Positions 16,631-25,326 of a DNA stretch of 64,000 bases are shown here, piece after piece. Numbering within the stretch: the stretch's first letter is position 1; each line of letters opens with the position of its first letter. The stretch lies in contig CAYHCB010000001.1 in NCBI GenBank assembly GCA_964355275.1, positions 99,424 through 163,423 of the forward strand, written 5' to 3'. This stretch comes from an uncultured Gammaproteobacteria bacterium (GTDB lineage: Bacteria > Patescibacteriota > Patescibacteriia > Patescibacteriales > UBA12465). A program made the position numbers and the translations under genes. The notes under the pieces were generated by a model. It saw nothing but the letters and a program-made list of their open reading frames with translations. It did not search any database and was not told where the DNA came from.

Positions 16631-18115
16631 TTATTGTTGATAAAACCCTTTTAAGCCCTGATTATAATCATTAACCATATTATTATAATTTGTAAGTTCG
16701 GCTCGATAAAGCTCTAAATCGCTATTATATTTAATAACACCTAAATTATATGTTTCTACTAAAGAATTATAAGCACTAATATTGCCACTTGCTTGGTAAG
16801 CACTAAGTTGAGTTTGTTGGGCACTTAGAATGCTCTGTTGGGCTGTCAGATTAGAATTTTTTTCTGCTAGCCCTATTTTTTGTGCTTCAATCCAAACATC
16901 TTTAGCTTGTAAGTCGGTAACTATTTTTTTAGTGTTTGCTATCCCCTGATAAACTAAACCAGTCGTTTTTTGAAATATTTCTATTTTACTTAAGTGAGAA
17001 ATATTAAATAAATTGCTCAAATTATCCTGAGCAGCTACGGCTTGTCCGTTAGAAATTGTTGGCGGGATAACTCCAACCGGAAAGTAATTAGTAGTTTCAA
17101 TATAACAATAACCTGAATTATTTATTGATTCACTTACAGGACAACTAATGCCTGCCGCTGAATGATTAGCATCAGGAAAATCTAAAATTGCGGCGCCATA
17201 GCCTAACTCACGTAAAACAGTTACCGCCAAAAAAGTTTTATCAGAACAGATACCAGAATTTTTATATAAAGTTTCGTAGGGATAATTAGGTTGCAAAGGA
17301 TTTTTGTTTAATTTAGCGCTATCATAAGGAATATACTGAATAAGAGCAAGTAAAAAATCGGCTGTTTGGTCTTTACTCCAAGAATGAGTAGCGGCTTCCT
17401 GCTTGCCATAATTTACTAAATAAGAAATAGAGGTGTCGCCACTTTTCTTGTTAAAAAAAATATTATAAAACTGTTCTCTAGCATTTACCGGCGGAGTATC
17501 ACCAGTATAGTAAAAAGCTTTAACGGCTTTCTCATATTCAGAATTTAAACTAGACCTAAGTGGTAAATCTAAATTAAAATTTTCTAATTTATAACGCCAG
17601 ACTAAATTAGTTTTATAATCACTAAAACCAACAGCAGGTGCAACGTTACTGGTCGTAACTGGCGCAGCTAAGGCAATACTAATTTTACTTAAATCACTAT
17701 TTGTAATCCCTAAACCTTGAGCTCTAAATAATAACCAAGCATCCATCGGTCTTCCGAGATAATGCCAACGTCTATTTAAATCAACATAATAAGCTTCACC
17801 ATGACTTTGAGGTCTAAGATATAAACGACCACGTGCCCAAACTGGAGCGCCCTGGCTCCAACTAGCAAATTCTTTTTCAGAAATACCTAAACTTAAAGAA
17901 CGCATTAAACTATAAGCGTCATCAGGTTTTCCCAGATAATATCTTTTATTATTTTGCGGGTTAACGTACCAAGCTTCTCCTTTACTTTGAACTTGTAATA
18001 AAATACGGCCAGATAAATTTGCGTCTAAAGTTGCTGCTAGAGCTGAGTTAACGCTAATTAGACTACTTATAAAAATAGCCCCTAGTAATAATTTATATTT
18101 GATTTTAAAAATCAT
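16631..18115 (-). CDS. secreted protein with tandem N-terminal repeats, transglutaminase-like Cys-His core and C-terminal coiled coil
   Basis: Signal peptide ending SALA. Two ~50-aa repeats (GEAWYVNP...YYLGKP / GEAYYVDL...HYLGRP), then GICSDK...ANHSAAG...YIETT, and a YN-rich helical tail. Confidence 0.6.
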   Translation of the reverse strand: MIFKIKYKLLLGAIFISSLISVNSALAATLDANLSGRILLQVQSKGEAWYVNPQNNKRYYLGKPDDAYSLMRSLSLGISEKEFASWSQGAPVWARGRLYLRPQSHGEAYYVDLNRRWHYLGRPMDAWLLFRAQGLGITNSDLSKISIALAAPVTTSNVAPAVGFSDYKTNLVWRYKLENFNLDLPLRSSLNSEYEKAVKAFYYTGDTPPVNAREQFYNIFFNKKSGDTSISYLVNYGKQEAATHSWSKDQTADFLLALIQYIPYDSAKLNKNPLQPNYPYETLYKNSGICSDKTFLAVTVLRELGYGAAILDFPDANHSAAGISCPVSESINNSGYCYIETTNYFPVGVIPPTISNGQAVAAQDNLSNLFNISHLSKIEIFQKTTGLVYQGIANTKKIVTDLQAKDVWIEAQKIGLAEKNSNLTAQQSILSAQQTQLSAYQASGNISAYNSLVETYNLGVIKYNSDLELYRAELTNYNNMVNDYNQGLKGFYQQ

Positions 18116-18122
18116 AATTTAA

Positions 18123-18797
18123 TTAATCAACCAGTGTGATGAATAAATCTTCCTCTGGTGGTTGCGGTAAATGGTCTACATTATTAATAAAATTAATCCT
18201 AACATACCCATCTCGATCAATTACAATTTTTGATAATGACGATTGAAAAACTTCTTGTGATAAAAAACCAATAACATCAGCATTTAAAATGCCAGTAAGA
18301 ACGGACTTAATAAAGTTACCATGAGTAAACAGGGCTACTGTTTTACCTTGATTATTCTTAAAAATATCATGAAGCAGGCGACGAGCCTTAGCTTGCATAA
18401 CATTAAGTTGTTTGTCTAAGACTAGATAATCTTTAACTTTACTGGGACGCTTTGTTTCGCTGGTATTAAAATAAGGAATTCTAGACCAATCCCACCAATC
18501 AATTTCATTTAAGCGTGACTCTGTTTCAATTTTGATATTTAATATTTTGGCTAGTGGGGCGGCTGTTTCTTGAGCGCGCTTTAACTCACTGGCGTACAAA
18601 CGATTAATTTTTAATTTTACCAAACGTTCTGTCAAAAAGTGCAATTGCTCATTACCAAAAGAAGAAAGAGGCATATTAAAATCACCTATTTTTTTTTCTA
18701 AAGTATAATCTGGATGACAATGTCTGACTAAATAAATTACCGTATAAGGGCGACGAGTCTTGGGCCGCAACTTAACATAAGGGTTTTGATAAGACAT
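18123..18797 (-). CDS. histidine phosphatase (phosphoglycerate mutase) family protein
   Basis: RHC motif (LVRHCHP) and a second catalytic His (FTHGNF). Confidence 0.8.
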   Translation of the reverse strand: MSYQNPYVKLRPKTRRPYTVIYLVRHCHPDYTLEKKIGDFNMPLSSFGNEQLHFLTERLVKLKINRLYASELKRAQETAAPLAKILNIKIETESRLNEIDWWDWSRIPYFNTSETKRPSKVKDYLVLDKQLNVMQAKARRLLHDIFKNNQGKTVALFTHGNFIKSVLTGILNADVIGFLSQEVFQSSLSKIVIDRDGYVRINFINNVDHLPQPPEEDLFITLVD

Positions 18798-18801
18798 GAA
18801 C

Positions 18802-19398
18802 TTAATCCTTAAGATTAGCTAAGGCAAAATCCCAGTTGGCTAAGTGTTCAAGAATTCCGCTAACATAATCAGCGCGACGATTTTGATAATCTAAATAGTA
18901 GGCGTGTTCCCAGACATCAATTACAAAAAGTGGTCTTTGTCCGTGAACTAAGGGTGTATCAGCATTAGCTGTTTTTACAATTTTTACATTAGAATCTTCT
19001 TTAACTAACCAGACCCAACCACTACCAAATTGGGATAGTGCTGCCCCCTTAAGATCTTCGATCATTTTTTCCCAGGTGCCAAAAGAATGGATTACAGAAT
19101 TTTTTAACTCTACTGAAACAGACATTTCTTTACTGGCAGGTTTTAAGCATTTCCAAAAAAATTCATGATTATAAGCTTGAGCAGCATTATTAAATATCGC
19201 CTCCTTACCGTCTCGTCCAGCAGTCTTTAAAACGACATGTTCTAAGGAATCATTTTCCATTGGTGTACCAGCAATTAATTTATTTAAATTATCAACATAA
19301 GCCTGGTGGTGCTTGCCGTAATGATATTCTAAGGTTTTTTCTGATAAATGAGGCTCTAGTTCATTTGGGTTAAAAGGTAAACTTGGTAGAGTAAACAT
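18802..19398 (-). CDS. Fe/Mn superoxide dismutase
   Basis: Motifs HHxKHH-like (YHYGKHHQAYV) and DVWEHAYYLDYQNRR. Confidence 0.95.
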   Translation of the reverse strand: MFTLPSLPFNPNELEPHLSEKTLEYHYGKHHQAYVDNLNKLIAGTPMENDSLEHVVLKTAGRDGKEAIFNNAAQAYNHEFFWKCLKPASKEMSVSVELKNSVIHSFGTWEKMIEDLKGAALSQFGSGWVWLVKEDSNVKIVKTANADTPLVHGQRPLFVIDVWEHAYYLDYQNRRADYVSGILEHLANWDFALANLKD

Positions 19399-19515
19399 AT
19401 TATTATAGTTAATTATTAATATTTTTGCCTTTTTATTATAGCAAACTAAGATTAATATTGAAAGTTAAAAAATATACTAATATTTTAATATTTTTATAAT
19501 TATCAAAAGATTTAT

Positions 19516-19547
19516 TAAAAAAAGACCTAAATAATCAGGTCTTTTTA
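19516..19547. terminator. bidirectional-looking terminator after rlmN
   Basis: AGACCT / AGGTCT stem flanked by an A-run and a T-run. Confidence 0.7.
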
Positions 19548-19562
19548 ATAATTTTTTGTTTT

Positions 19563-20597
19563 TTATTTCTTAAATGATTTTTTAGCGGCTAACTGACCAC
19601 AAGCGGCAGAAATTTCTCCGCCATAAGAATGACGAGTTGTGACGTTTACCTCCGCATCCTCTAAAATTTTCTTAAATTTAGCAATCTTTTCTTCAGTTGA
19701 AGCCTGAAAACGACCAGTTGGATTATAAGGAATAAGATTAACCATATAAAGCGGTTTAGTCATTAAACCGGCCAGTAGTTTCGCATCATTTTCACTATCA
19801 TTTATATCTTTAATCATCAAATATTCAAACATTACCTTACGACCAGTTTTTCTAATATAATCATCAACAGCCGAAAAAACTTTAGCCAAAGGGTACTTAT
19901 CAGCAATTGGCATATAACGACGTCTTAAAATATCAGCGGGAAAATGTAAAGATACGGCTAAATTAAGTTGTAATTTTTCACCGCCAATTTTTATAATACC
20001 TTCACAAACGCCAGCCGTTGAGACTGATAAACGACGAGAACCAAAATTAAAACTTTCTGAATCATTTAACCACTTAAGAGCTTTAATTACTTCTGGATAA
20101 TTTAAAAATGGTTCACCCATGCCCATAAAAACTATATTATCAACCTTCTCTGCGCCGCCCTCTTTTTTAAGCTCACGCATAAAAAATAAAACCTGCTCCA
20201 CAATTTCGTGTGCTTTTAGGTTACGAGTAAAACCAAGTTGACCGGTAGCACAAAAAGAACAGGCCAAAGGACAGCCCACCTGAGAAGAAACGCAAACCGT
20301 ATTCCTGTTCCCTTTTTGACGAATCAAAACCGCCTCTACTTTTTCTCCATCTTCTAAAGTGATTAAAGCCTTATGAGTTGGTTCTTTACCGATAGCTTTA
20401 ACTACCTCGGCAGGAATAGTAAGAGGACAAGATTCATTCAAACGTTCGCGTAAATCTTTAGGAAGATTAGTCGCGTCATTCCAGTCTTCTATTAAGTCAA
20501 TAAAAACGGCTCTATCTATTTGTTGATGACGGAACTTTGGTTCATTTATAATTATTTGATGTAAAATTGATAAATTCATAGGAGAAGAGACTAACAC
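19563..20597 (-). CDS. rlmN: 23S rRNA/tRNA (adenine-C2)-methyltransferase RlmN (radical SAM)
   Basis: CPLACSFCATG radical-SAM motif, GMGEP, C-terminal AACGQL. Confidence 0.93.
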   Translation of the reverse strand: MLVSSPMNLSILHQIIINEPKFRHQQIDRAVFIDLIEDWNDATNLPKDLRERLNESCPLTIPAEVVKAIGKEPTHKALITLEDGEKVEAVLIRQKGNRNTVCVSSQVGCPLACSFCATGQLGFTRNLKAHEIVEQVLFFMRELKKEGGAEKVDNIVFMGMGEPFLNYPEVIKALKWLNDSESFNFGSRRLSVSTAGVCEGIIKIGGEKLQLNLAVSLHFPADILRRRYMPIADKYPLAKVFSAVDDYIRKTGRKVMFEYLMIKDINDSENDAKLLAGLMTKPLYMVNLIPYNPTGRFQASTEEKIAKFKKILEDAEVNVTTRHSYGGEISAACGQLAAKKSFKK

Positions 20598-20600
20598 GGA

Positions 20601-21704
20601 TTACTTTTTTTGTAAAGATAAGATTACGATTTCTGATCGGCTACCCGTTCTCATTGGTGGTCCCCAAGTTCCGACGCCAGCTGTAACTGATAAAGTATAG
20701 TCCCTTCTTCGGTAAATTCCGTGGCTGTGATTATGATAAAAATAACGAGCTAAAAAATTAAAAGGAAACATTTGACCACCATGAGTGTGCCCAGAGAGCT
20801 GTAAATCGATTCCTAATCCTTGTGATTTAACTGTCTCCTTTGGTTCATGAAATAATAAAATTGATGGTTTATTTGCTAAATAACCAATATCAGCTAAAAT
20901 AAGTCTTTTTAAATCAAAGTTACGATCAGGGGTAAAATCTAAGCCAATAATTTGTAAACCAAATTTCTCTACCATCCGATTACTTAAAACGGTAATATTT
21001 TCCCCCATAAGCAAACTAATTACTTTGTTGGCTCCTAAGGTAAAGTCGTGATTACCTAAAGAATAATATAACCCTAGGGGTGCATTTAAATCGTTTAATG
21101 GTTTACCCACCCAAGAAAAATCTGACTCCGAACCGTCAAATAAATCTCCAGTAATAAAAACAGCGTCTGGTTTTATTTCTTTTATTCTATTAACTACTCG
21201 ATGAAAAAATTTTTCTCGTAAAATCGGGCCAAGGTGAATATCGGATATATGAACCACTTTTTTATTCTGCCAGGTTTCTGGTAAATCTTTTATTACAACT
21301 TGGTATTCCTTAATTTTAATACTACGAGCATTATAAAAACTTTTTAGTGAAAGAATTACTGTTCCCGCTATTAATAAAGATCTAAACACTAAAGCTGACA
21401 TTTCGATTGAAAATATTTTTAAAAACCAAAAAATTAAGCCCACCCATAAAGCTGTTAAACCAAAATTAAGTAAACATCCCATCCAAGAAACAGAAATTGT
21501 ATAATATAGGCGAGTAAATAAATTATCACGTTTACTGATAAAAATTAAAGAGACAAAAGTAGATAATCCTAACACGCCAACAAGATAACCGATAATTAAT
21601 TTAGCTGAAAAAGATTCTAAGCCAAAGAATTGAACAATAAAAAACCAGGCCAAGGTATTACCAAGAACTAAGAAAAAAAGATTAAGATAAAAATACATAT
21701 CCAT
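20601..21704 (-). CDS. membrane-anchored metallophosphoesterase
   Basis: Four N-terminal TM helices, then SDIHLG, TGDLFDG, GNHD and GHTHGGQ. Confidence 0.85.
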   Translation of the reverse strand: MDMYFYLNLFFLVLGNTLAWFFIVQFFGLESFSAKLIIGYLVGVLGLSTFVSLIFISKRDNLFTRLYYTISVSWMGCLLNFGLTALWVGLIFWFLKIFSIEMSALVFRSLLIAGTVILSLKSFYNARSIKIKEYQVVIKDLPETWQNKKVVHISDIHLGPILREKFFHRVVNRIKEIKPDAVFITGDLFDGSESDFSWVGKPLNDLNAPLGLYYSLGNHDFTLGANKVISLLMGENITVLSNRMVEKFGLQIIGLDFTPDRNFDLKRLILADIGYLANKPSILLFHEPKETVKSQGLGIDLQLSGHTHGGQMFPFNFLARYFYHNHSHGIYRRRDYTLSVTAGVGTWGPPMRTGSRSEIVILSLQKK

Positions 21705-21743
21705 ACCCCAAGTAAGCCGTTTAGCTGGCCTATTTTTACGCCC

Positions 21744-23033
21744 CTATTTAATTACAAAAGGAAAGACTGCATATTCAGAGGTTCCTTCGAGTTCCGCTTC
21801 AATTGCCATTAAACGATTATACTTAGCCGTTCTTTCACTTCTAGCTGGTGCACCGGTTTTAATCTGACCAGTACCCATGGCCACCACCAAGTCAGCAATA
21901 AAAGTATCTTCTGTTTCACCGCTACGATGAGATACAACGGCGGTCATGCCACTGGCACGAGCCTCATAAATAGTAGCTACTGTTTCTGTTAGAGTACCAA
22001 TTTGATTTAATTTAATCAAAATTGAATTCGTGGTTTTTTCAGAAATACCTCTTTCTAAACGTTTAACATTTGTGACGTATAAATCGTCCCCAACTACCTG
22101 AACCTCACGATTAAAAGCTTCGGTAAAATTTTTAAATCCTGTCCAATCATCTTCTGCTAGCACATCTTCAAAAGAATAAATCGGGTAACGCTCAGCTAAA
22201 CCTTTATAGAAATTAATTAGTTCATCGCTACTTAAAACTTTATTTTCTTTTTTAAGATGATATACTCCATCTTTAAAAAATTCTGTGGCCGCCGAATCAA
22301 TCCCAAAGACAATATCCTTACCAAGATTATAACCAGCCTCAGTCACCGCTTCTGATAATAAACGAAAGGCTTCTTCATTAGATGACACTGCTGGGGCAAA
22401 GCCACCTTCATCACCAACAGTAAGACCATAGCCTTTATTTTTTAAAACTTTTTTTAAAGTTTGATAAATCTCGGCACACATTCTGACAGCTTCAGTGATA
22501 GATTTAGCGCCCACTGGCAAAATCATATACTCTTGAATATCAGTGGCCCAATTAGCATGTTTGCCACCATTTAAAACATTCATCATCGGAATTGGCATTT
22601 GATAAGTACCGGAAAATGATTGATTAAATTTTGTTAAATATTTATACAATGGCATATTTAAACCAGCCGCTGCCGCTCTAGCAACTGCCAAAGAAACGCC
22701 CAAAATAGCATTAGCACCTAAATTGGCTTTATTTTCGCTACCATCTAAAGCAATCATGATTTCATCAATTTTTCTTTGATTACTAGCATCTTGACCAACT
22801 AGCGCGGGAAATATTTTATTTTCAATATTTGAAATAGCTAAATTAACGGAAGCGCCACCATAAATATGCTGATCATTATCACGAAGTTCAACTGCTTCAT
22901 AACTACCGGTAGAAGCGCCACTAGGAACAGCGGCCCAACCAATCGCACCATTTTCTAAAATAACAGTAGCTGAAAGCGTTGGGTTACCACGGGAATCCAG
23001 TATTTGCAAAGCTTTGATAGATTGTATTTTCAT
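21744..23033 (-). CDS. eno: enolase
   Basis: Full-length canonical enolase (SHRSGETED, IKLNQIGT). Confidence 0.97.
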   Translation of the reverse strand: MKIQSIKALQILDSRGNPTLSATVILENGAIGWAAVPSGASTGSYEAVELRDNDQHIYGGASVNLAISNIENKIFPALVGQDASNQRKIDEIMIALDGSENKANLGANAILGVSLAVARAAAAGLNMPLYKYLTKFNQSFSGTYQMPIPMMNVLNGGKHANWATDIQEYMILPVGAKSITEAVRMCAEIYQTLKKVLKNKGYGLTVGDEGGFAPAVSSNEEAFRLLSEAVTEAGYNLGKDIVFGIDSAATEFFKDGVYHLKKENKVLSSDELINFYKGLAERYPIYSFEDVLAEDDWTGFKNFTEAFNREVQVVGDDLYVTNVKRLERGISEKTTNSILIKLNQIGTLTETVATIYEARASGMTAVVSHRSGETEDTFIADLVVAMGTGQIKTGAPARSERTAKYNRLMAIEAELEGTSEYAVFPFVIK

Positions 23034-23073
23034 ATATTGAATTTAAAATAATTATATTTTATTTATTTTTTAA

Positions 23074-24102
23074 CTAATCAATAATATAGGTCTTATAAAT
23101 ATTCTCCTCGGTACAAGCGATAACTTTTTTAAGTAATTTAACTGCCTCCAGTGAGTAATCTCCCACGGTTGTTTCATCAGATAACATTACCATATCAGCG
23201 CCATCAAAAACAGCGTTAGCAATATCACTAATTTCAGCCCGAGTAGGATGAGGGTTCTTTATCATTGAAGTCATTACTTGAGTAGCTAAAATTGTTGGTT
23301 TATTGTGCCAATGAGCGTGTCTAATTAAATTCTTTTGGATAATTGGTAACTCCTCAATTGGCACCTCAATACCTAAATCGCCACGAGCCACCATAATAAC
23401 ATCAGAAGCGGTGATTATTTTATCAATATTTTTAAGAGCAATCCCCCGTTCAATTTTAGAAATTATTTTTACTTTACTTTTTTTACCCAACAAAGTTCTA
23501 AGTCTAGTTACATCATTAGCAGTTTGTACAAAAGATAAAGCGACATAATCCATTCCAGCTTTAATGCCAAATTTTAAATCTTTAATATCTTTAGCAGTTA
23601 GGCCACCTTTTTTCATGTTCGTGTCAGGAACATTAATGCCCTTATTAGAACTTAAAACGCCACCATTAATAACTTTAGCAGTAATTACCTTATTTTTTAC
23701 ATCTTGAACCATGAGTTCAATAGCACCATTACATAAAAATAAAGGATGATTTTTCTTTATATCTTTATATAAATCGCTACTATCAATTGGAATAATGCCC
23801 CCATTTTTATAAGGTAGCTTAGAATAAGTAAATTGATAAATCTCATCAACATGTAAAGTGATGCCAGCTTCAGGAAATTTACCGACTCTAATTCGTGGTC
23901 CTTGTAAATCCAGCATTAAAGAAACCTTACGCTCACTATCATTATTAAAAACATCGATAATTTTTTTAATTTTTTTATATTGATCATAGGTAGCATGAGA
24001 AAAATTAACTCTTACCATATCAACGCCATTTTTCATAAGAGCGGTTAAAGCTTCTTCTGATTCTGATTTAGGGCCAATAGTGGCCACTATTTTTGTGTTC
24101 AT
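23074..24102 (-). CDS. pyk: pyruvate kinase lacking the C-terminal (allosteric) domain
   Basis: TKIVATIGP, RVNFSHA, MVARGDLGIEVP and MLSDETTVG. Ends about 20 aa after the last A-domain motif, at 342 aa. Confidence 0.9.
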   Translation of the reverse strand: MNTKIVATIGPKSESEEALTALMKNGVDMVRVNFSHATYDQYKKIKKIIDVFNNDSERKVSLMLDLQGPRIRVGKFPEAGITLHVDEIYQFTYSKLPYKNGGIIPIDSSDLYKDIKKNHPLFLCNGAIELMVQDVKNKVITAKVINGGVLSSNKGINVPDTNMKKGGLTAKDIKDLKFGIKAGMDYVALSFVQTANDVTRLRTLLGKKSKVKIISKIERGIALKNIDKIITASDVIMVARGDLGIEVPIEELPIIQKNLIRHAHWHNKPTILATQVMTSMIKNPHPTRAEISDIANAVFDGADMVMLSDETTVGDYSLEAVKLLKKVIACTEENIYKTYIID

Positions 24103-24168
24103 AACTATATATTAAAAAGTAAATTAGCAGCTTCTAGTATAAAGTATATCAGGGCTTTTGCCAAGATT

Positions 24169-25320
24169 TTATTTAATTTTCTTTAAATAACCCATTAAAC
24201 TAGAAAAAAATTCTAAATTATTTAAACTAGCTAATTTTTGTCCTAGTGGCTCATTAACTCTAAATAAATGATGAAGATAGGCTTTGGTATAATTTCTTAA
24301 TTCTGGAATTTTACTTTTATGATTAATTTTGGAAAAATCTTTAGTATAAATAGCGTTACTAATATTTATCGTATTATAAAATTTAGGAGAAGTGGTGATT
24401 ACTTTATCTGTATTTTTTGGGCTTTTAAATCCTTTAAACTTAGAATCGAAATAAAATAGTCTACCATGTCTGCCCTCGCGCGTTGGTATTACACAATCAA
24501 ACATATCCCAACCCATTAAATAAGACCGATAAATATCATCCGGAGTACCCACACCTAAAGCAAAACGAATAGCATCTTTAGGAATGTAAGAAGCGGTTTT
24601 AAACATTACCTCAGCTAAGAAATTACCACTAACATCAATTGGCCTAGCACCAAAACCATAACCATCAAAACCAATAATCGATAATTCTTTGGCGCATTTT
24701 TCTCGTAAATCTAATTCTGCTCCTCCCTGAACAACACAAAATAGTAAAGGTCTTTTAGCCCCAATTAGTTTTCTTTTTTTTACTTGTTTTAAATATTCAA
24801 CCTTACAACGTTTAGCCCAAGTAATTGTTCGGGTGACCGCTTTTTCTAAATCAACTCGAGAAAATTCATTAGGCGGACAATCATCTAAACAAACCATCAT
24901 ATCAACACCTAAATTAAACTGAATCTGAATAGACCTTTCTGGCGTTAATTCATGTTTTGAGCCATCAATTGGTGACTTAAAAATTACTTTATCATCATTA
25001 ATGCTCCCCATATTCTTACTACGGTGGATTAATGAGAAAACCTGAAAACCGCCGCTATCAGACAAAAGGGGTCGAGAACACTCCATAAATTTATGGATGC
25101 CTTTAGCTTGTTTAATTAAATCTGGTCCCGGCTGAAGATATAAATGAAACGTATTAACCACCATAGCAGGAGTATTGGTTTGCTGAACTTCGGATTCACT
25201 GAGCAACTTTATAAAACCACGCGTAGCGTCTGGCATAAAAAAGGGTGTAACTAAATCACCATGGGCAGTTTTAATTAAGCCACTTCGTAGTTTATTTTTT
25301 TTAGCATTTAATTTAAACAT
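24169..25320 (-). CDS. tgt: tRNA-guanine transglycosylase family protein (divergent, Zn-site-less)
   Basis: LSDSGGFQV, GVGTPDD, MFDCVIPTR and YLHHL are conserved. The CxCxxC...H zinc ligands are replaced by S/I/L...N. Confidence 0.85.
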   Translation of the reverse strand: MFKLNAKKNKLRSGLIKTAHGDLVTPFFMPDATRGFIKLLSESEVQQTNTPAMVVNTFHLYLQPGPDLIKQAKGIHKFMECSRPLLSDSGGFQVFSLIHRSKNMGSINDDKVIFKSPIDGSKHELTPERSIQIQFNLGVDMMVCLDDCPPNEFSRVDLEKAVTRTITWAKRCKVEYLKQVKKRKLIGAKRPLLFCVVQGGAELDLREKCAKELSIIGFDGYGFGARPIDVSGNFLAEVMFKTASYIPKDAIRFALGVGTPDDIYRSYLMGWDMFDCVIPTREGRHGRLFYFDSKFKGFKSPKNTDKVITTSPKFYNTINISNAIYTKDFSKINHKSKIPELRNYTKAYLHHLFRVNEPLGQKLASLNNLEFFSSLMGYLKKIK

Positions 25321-25326
25321 AAAAAA

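Noticed and set aside
19399-19515. AT-rich quasi-palindromes upstream of the superoxide dismutase gene (possible PerR/Fur box)
   Set aside because: The palindromes are imperfect, and such sequences arise by chance in DNA this AT-rich. No regulator gene is nearby.
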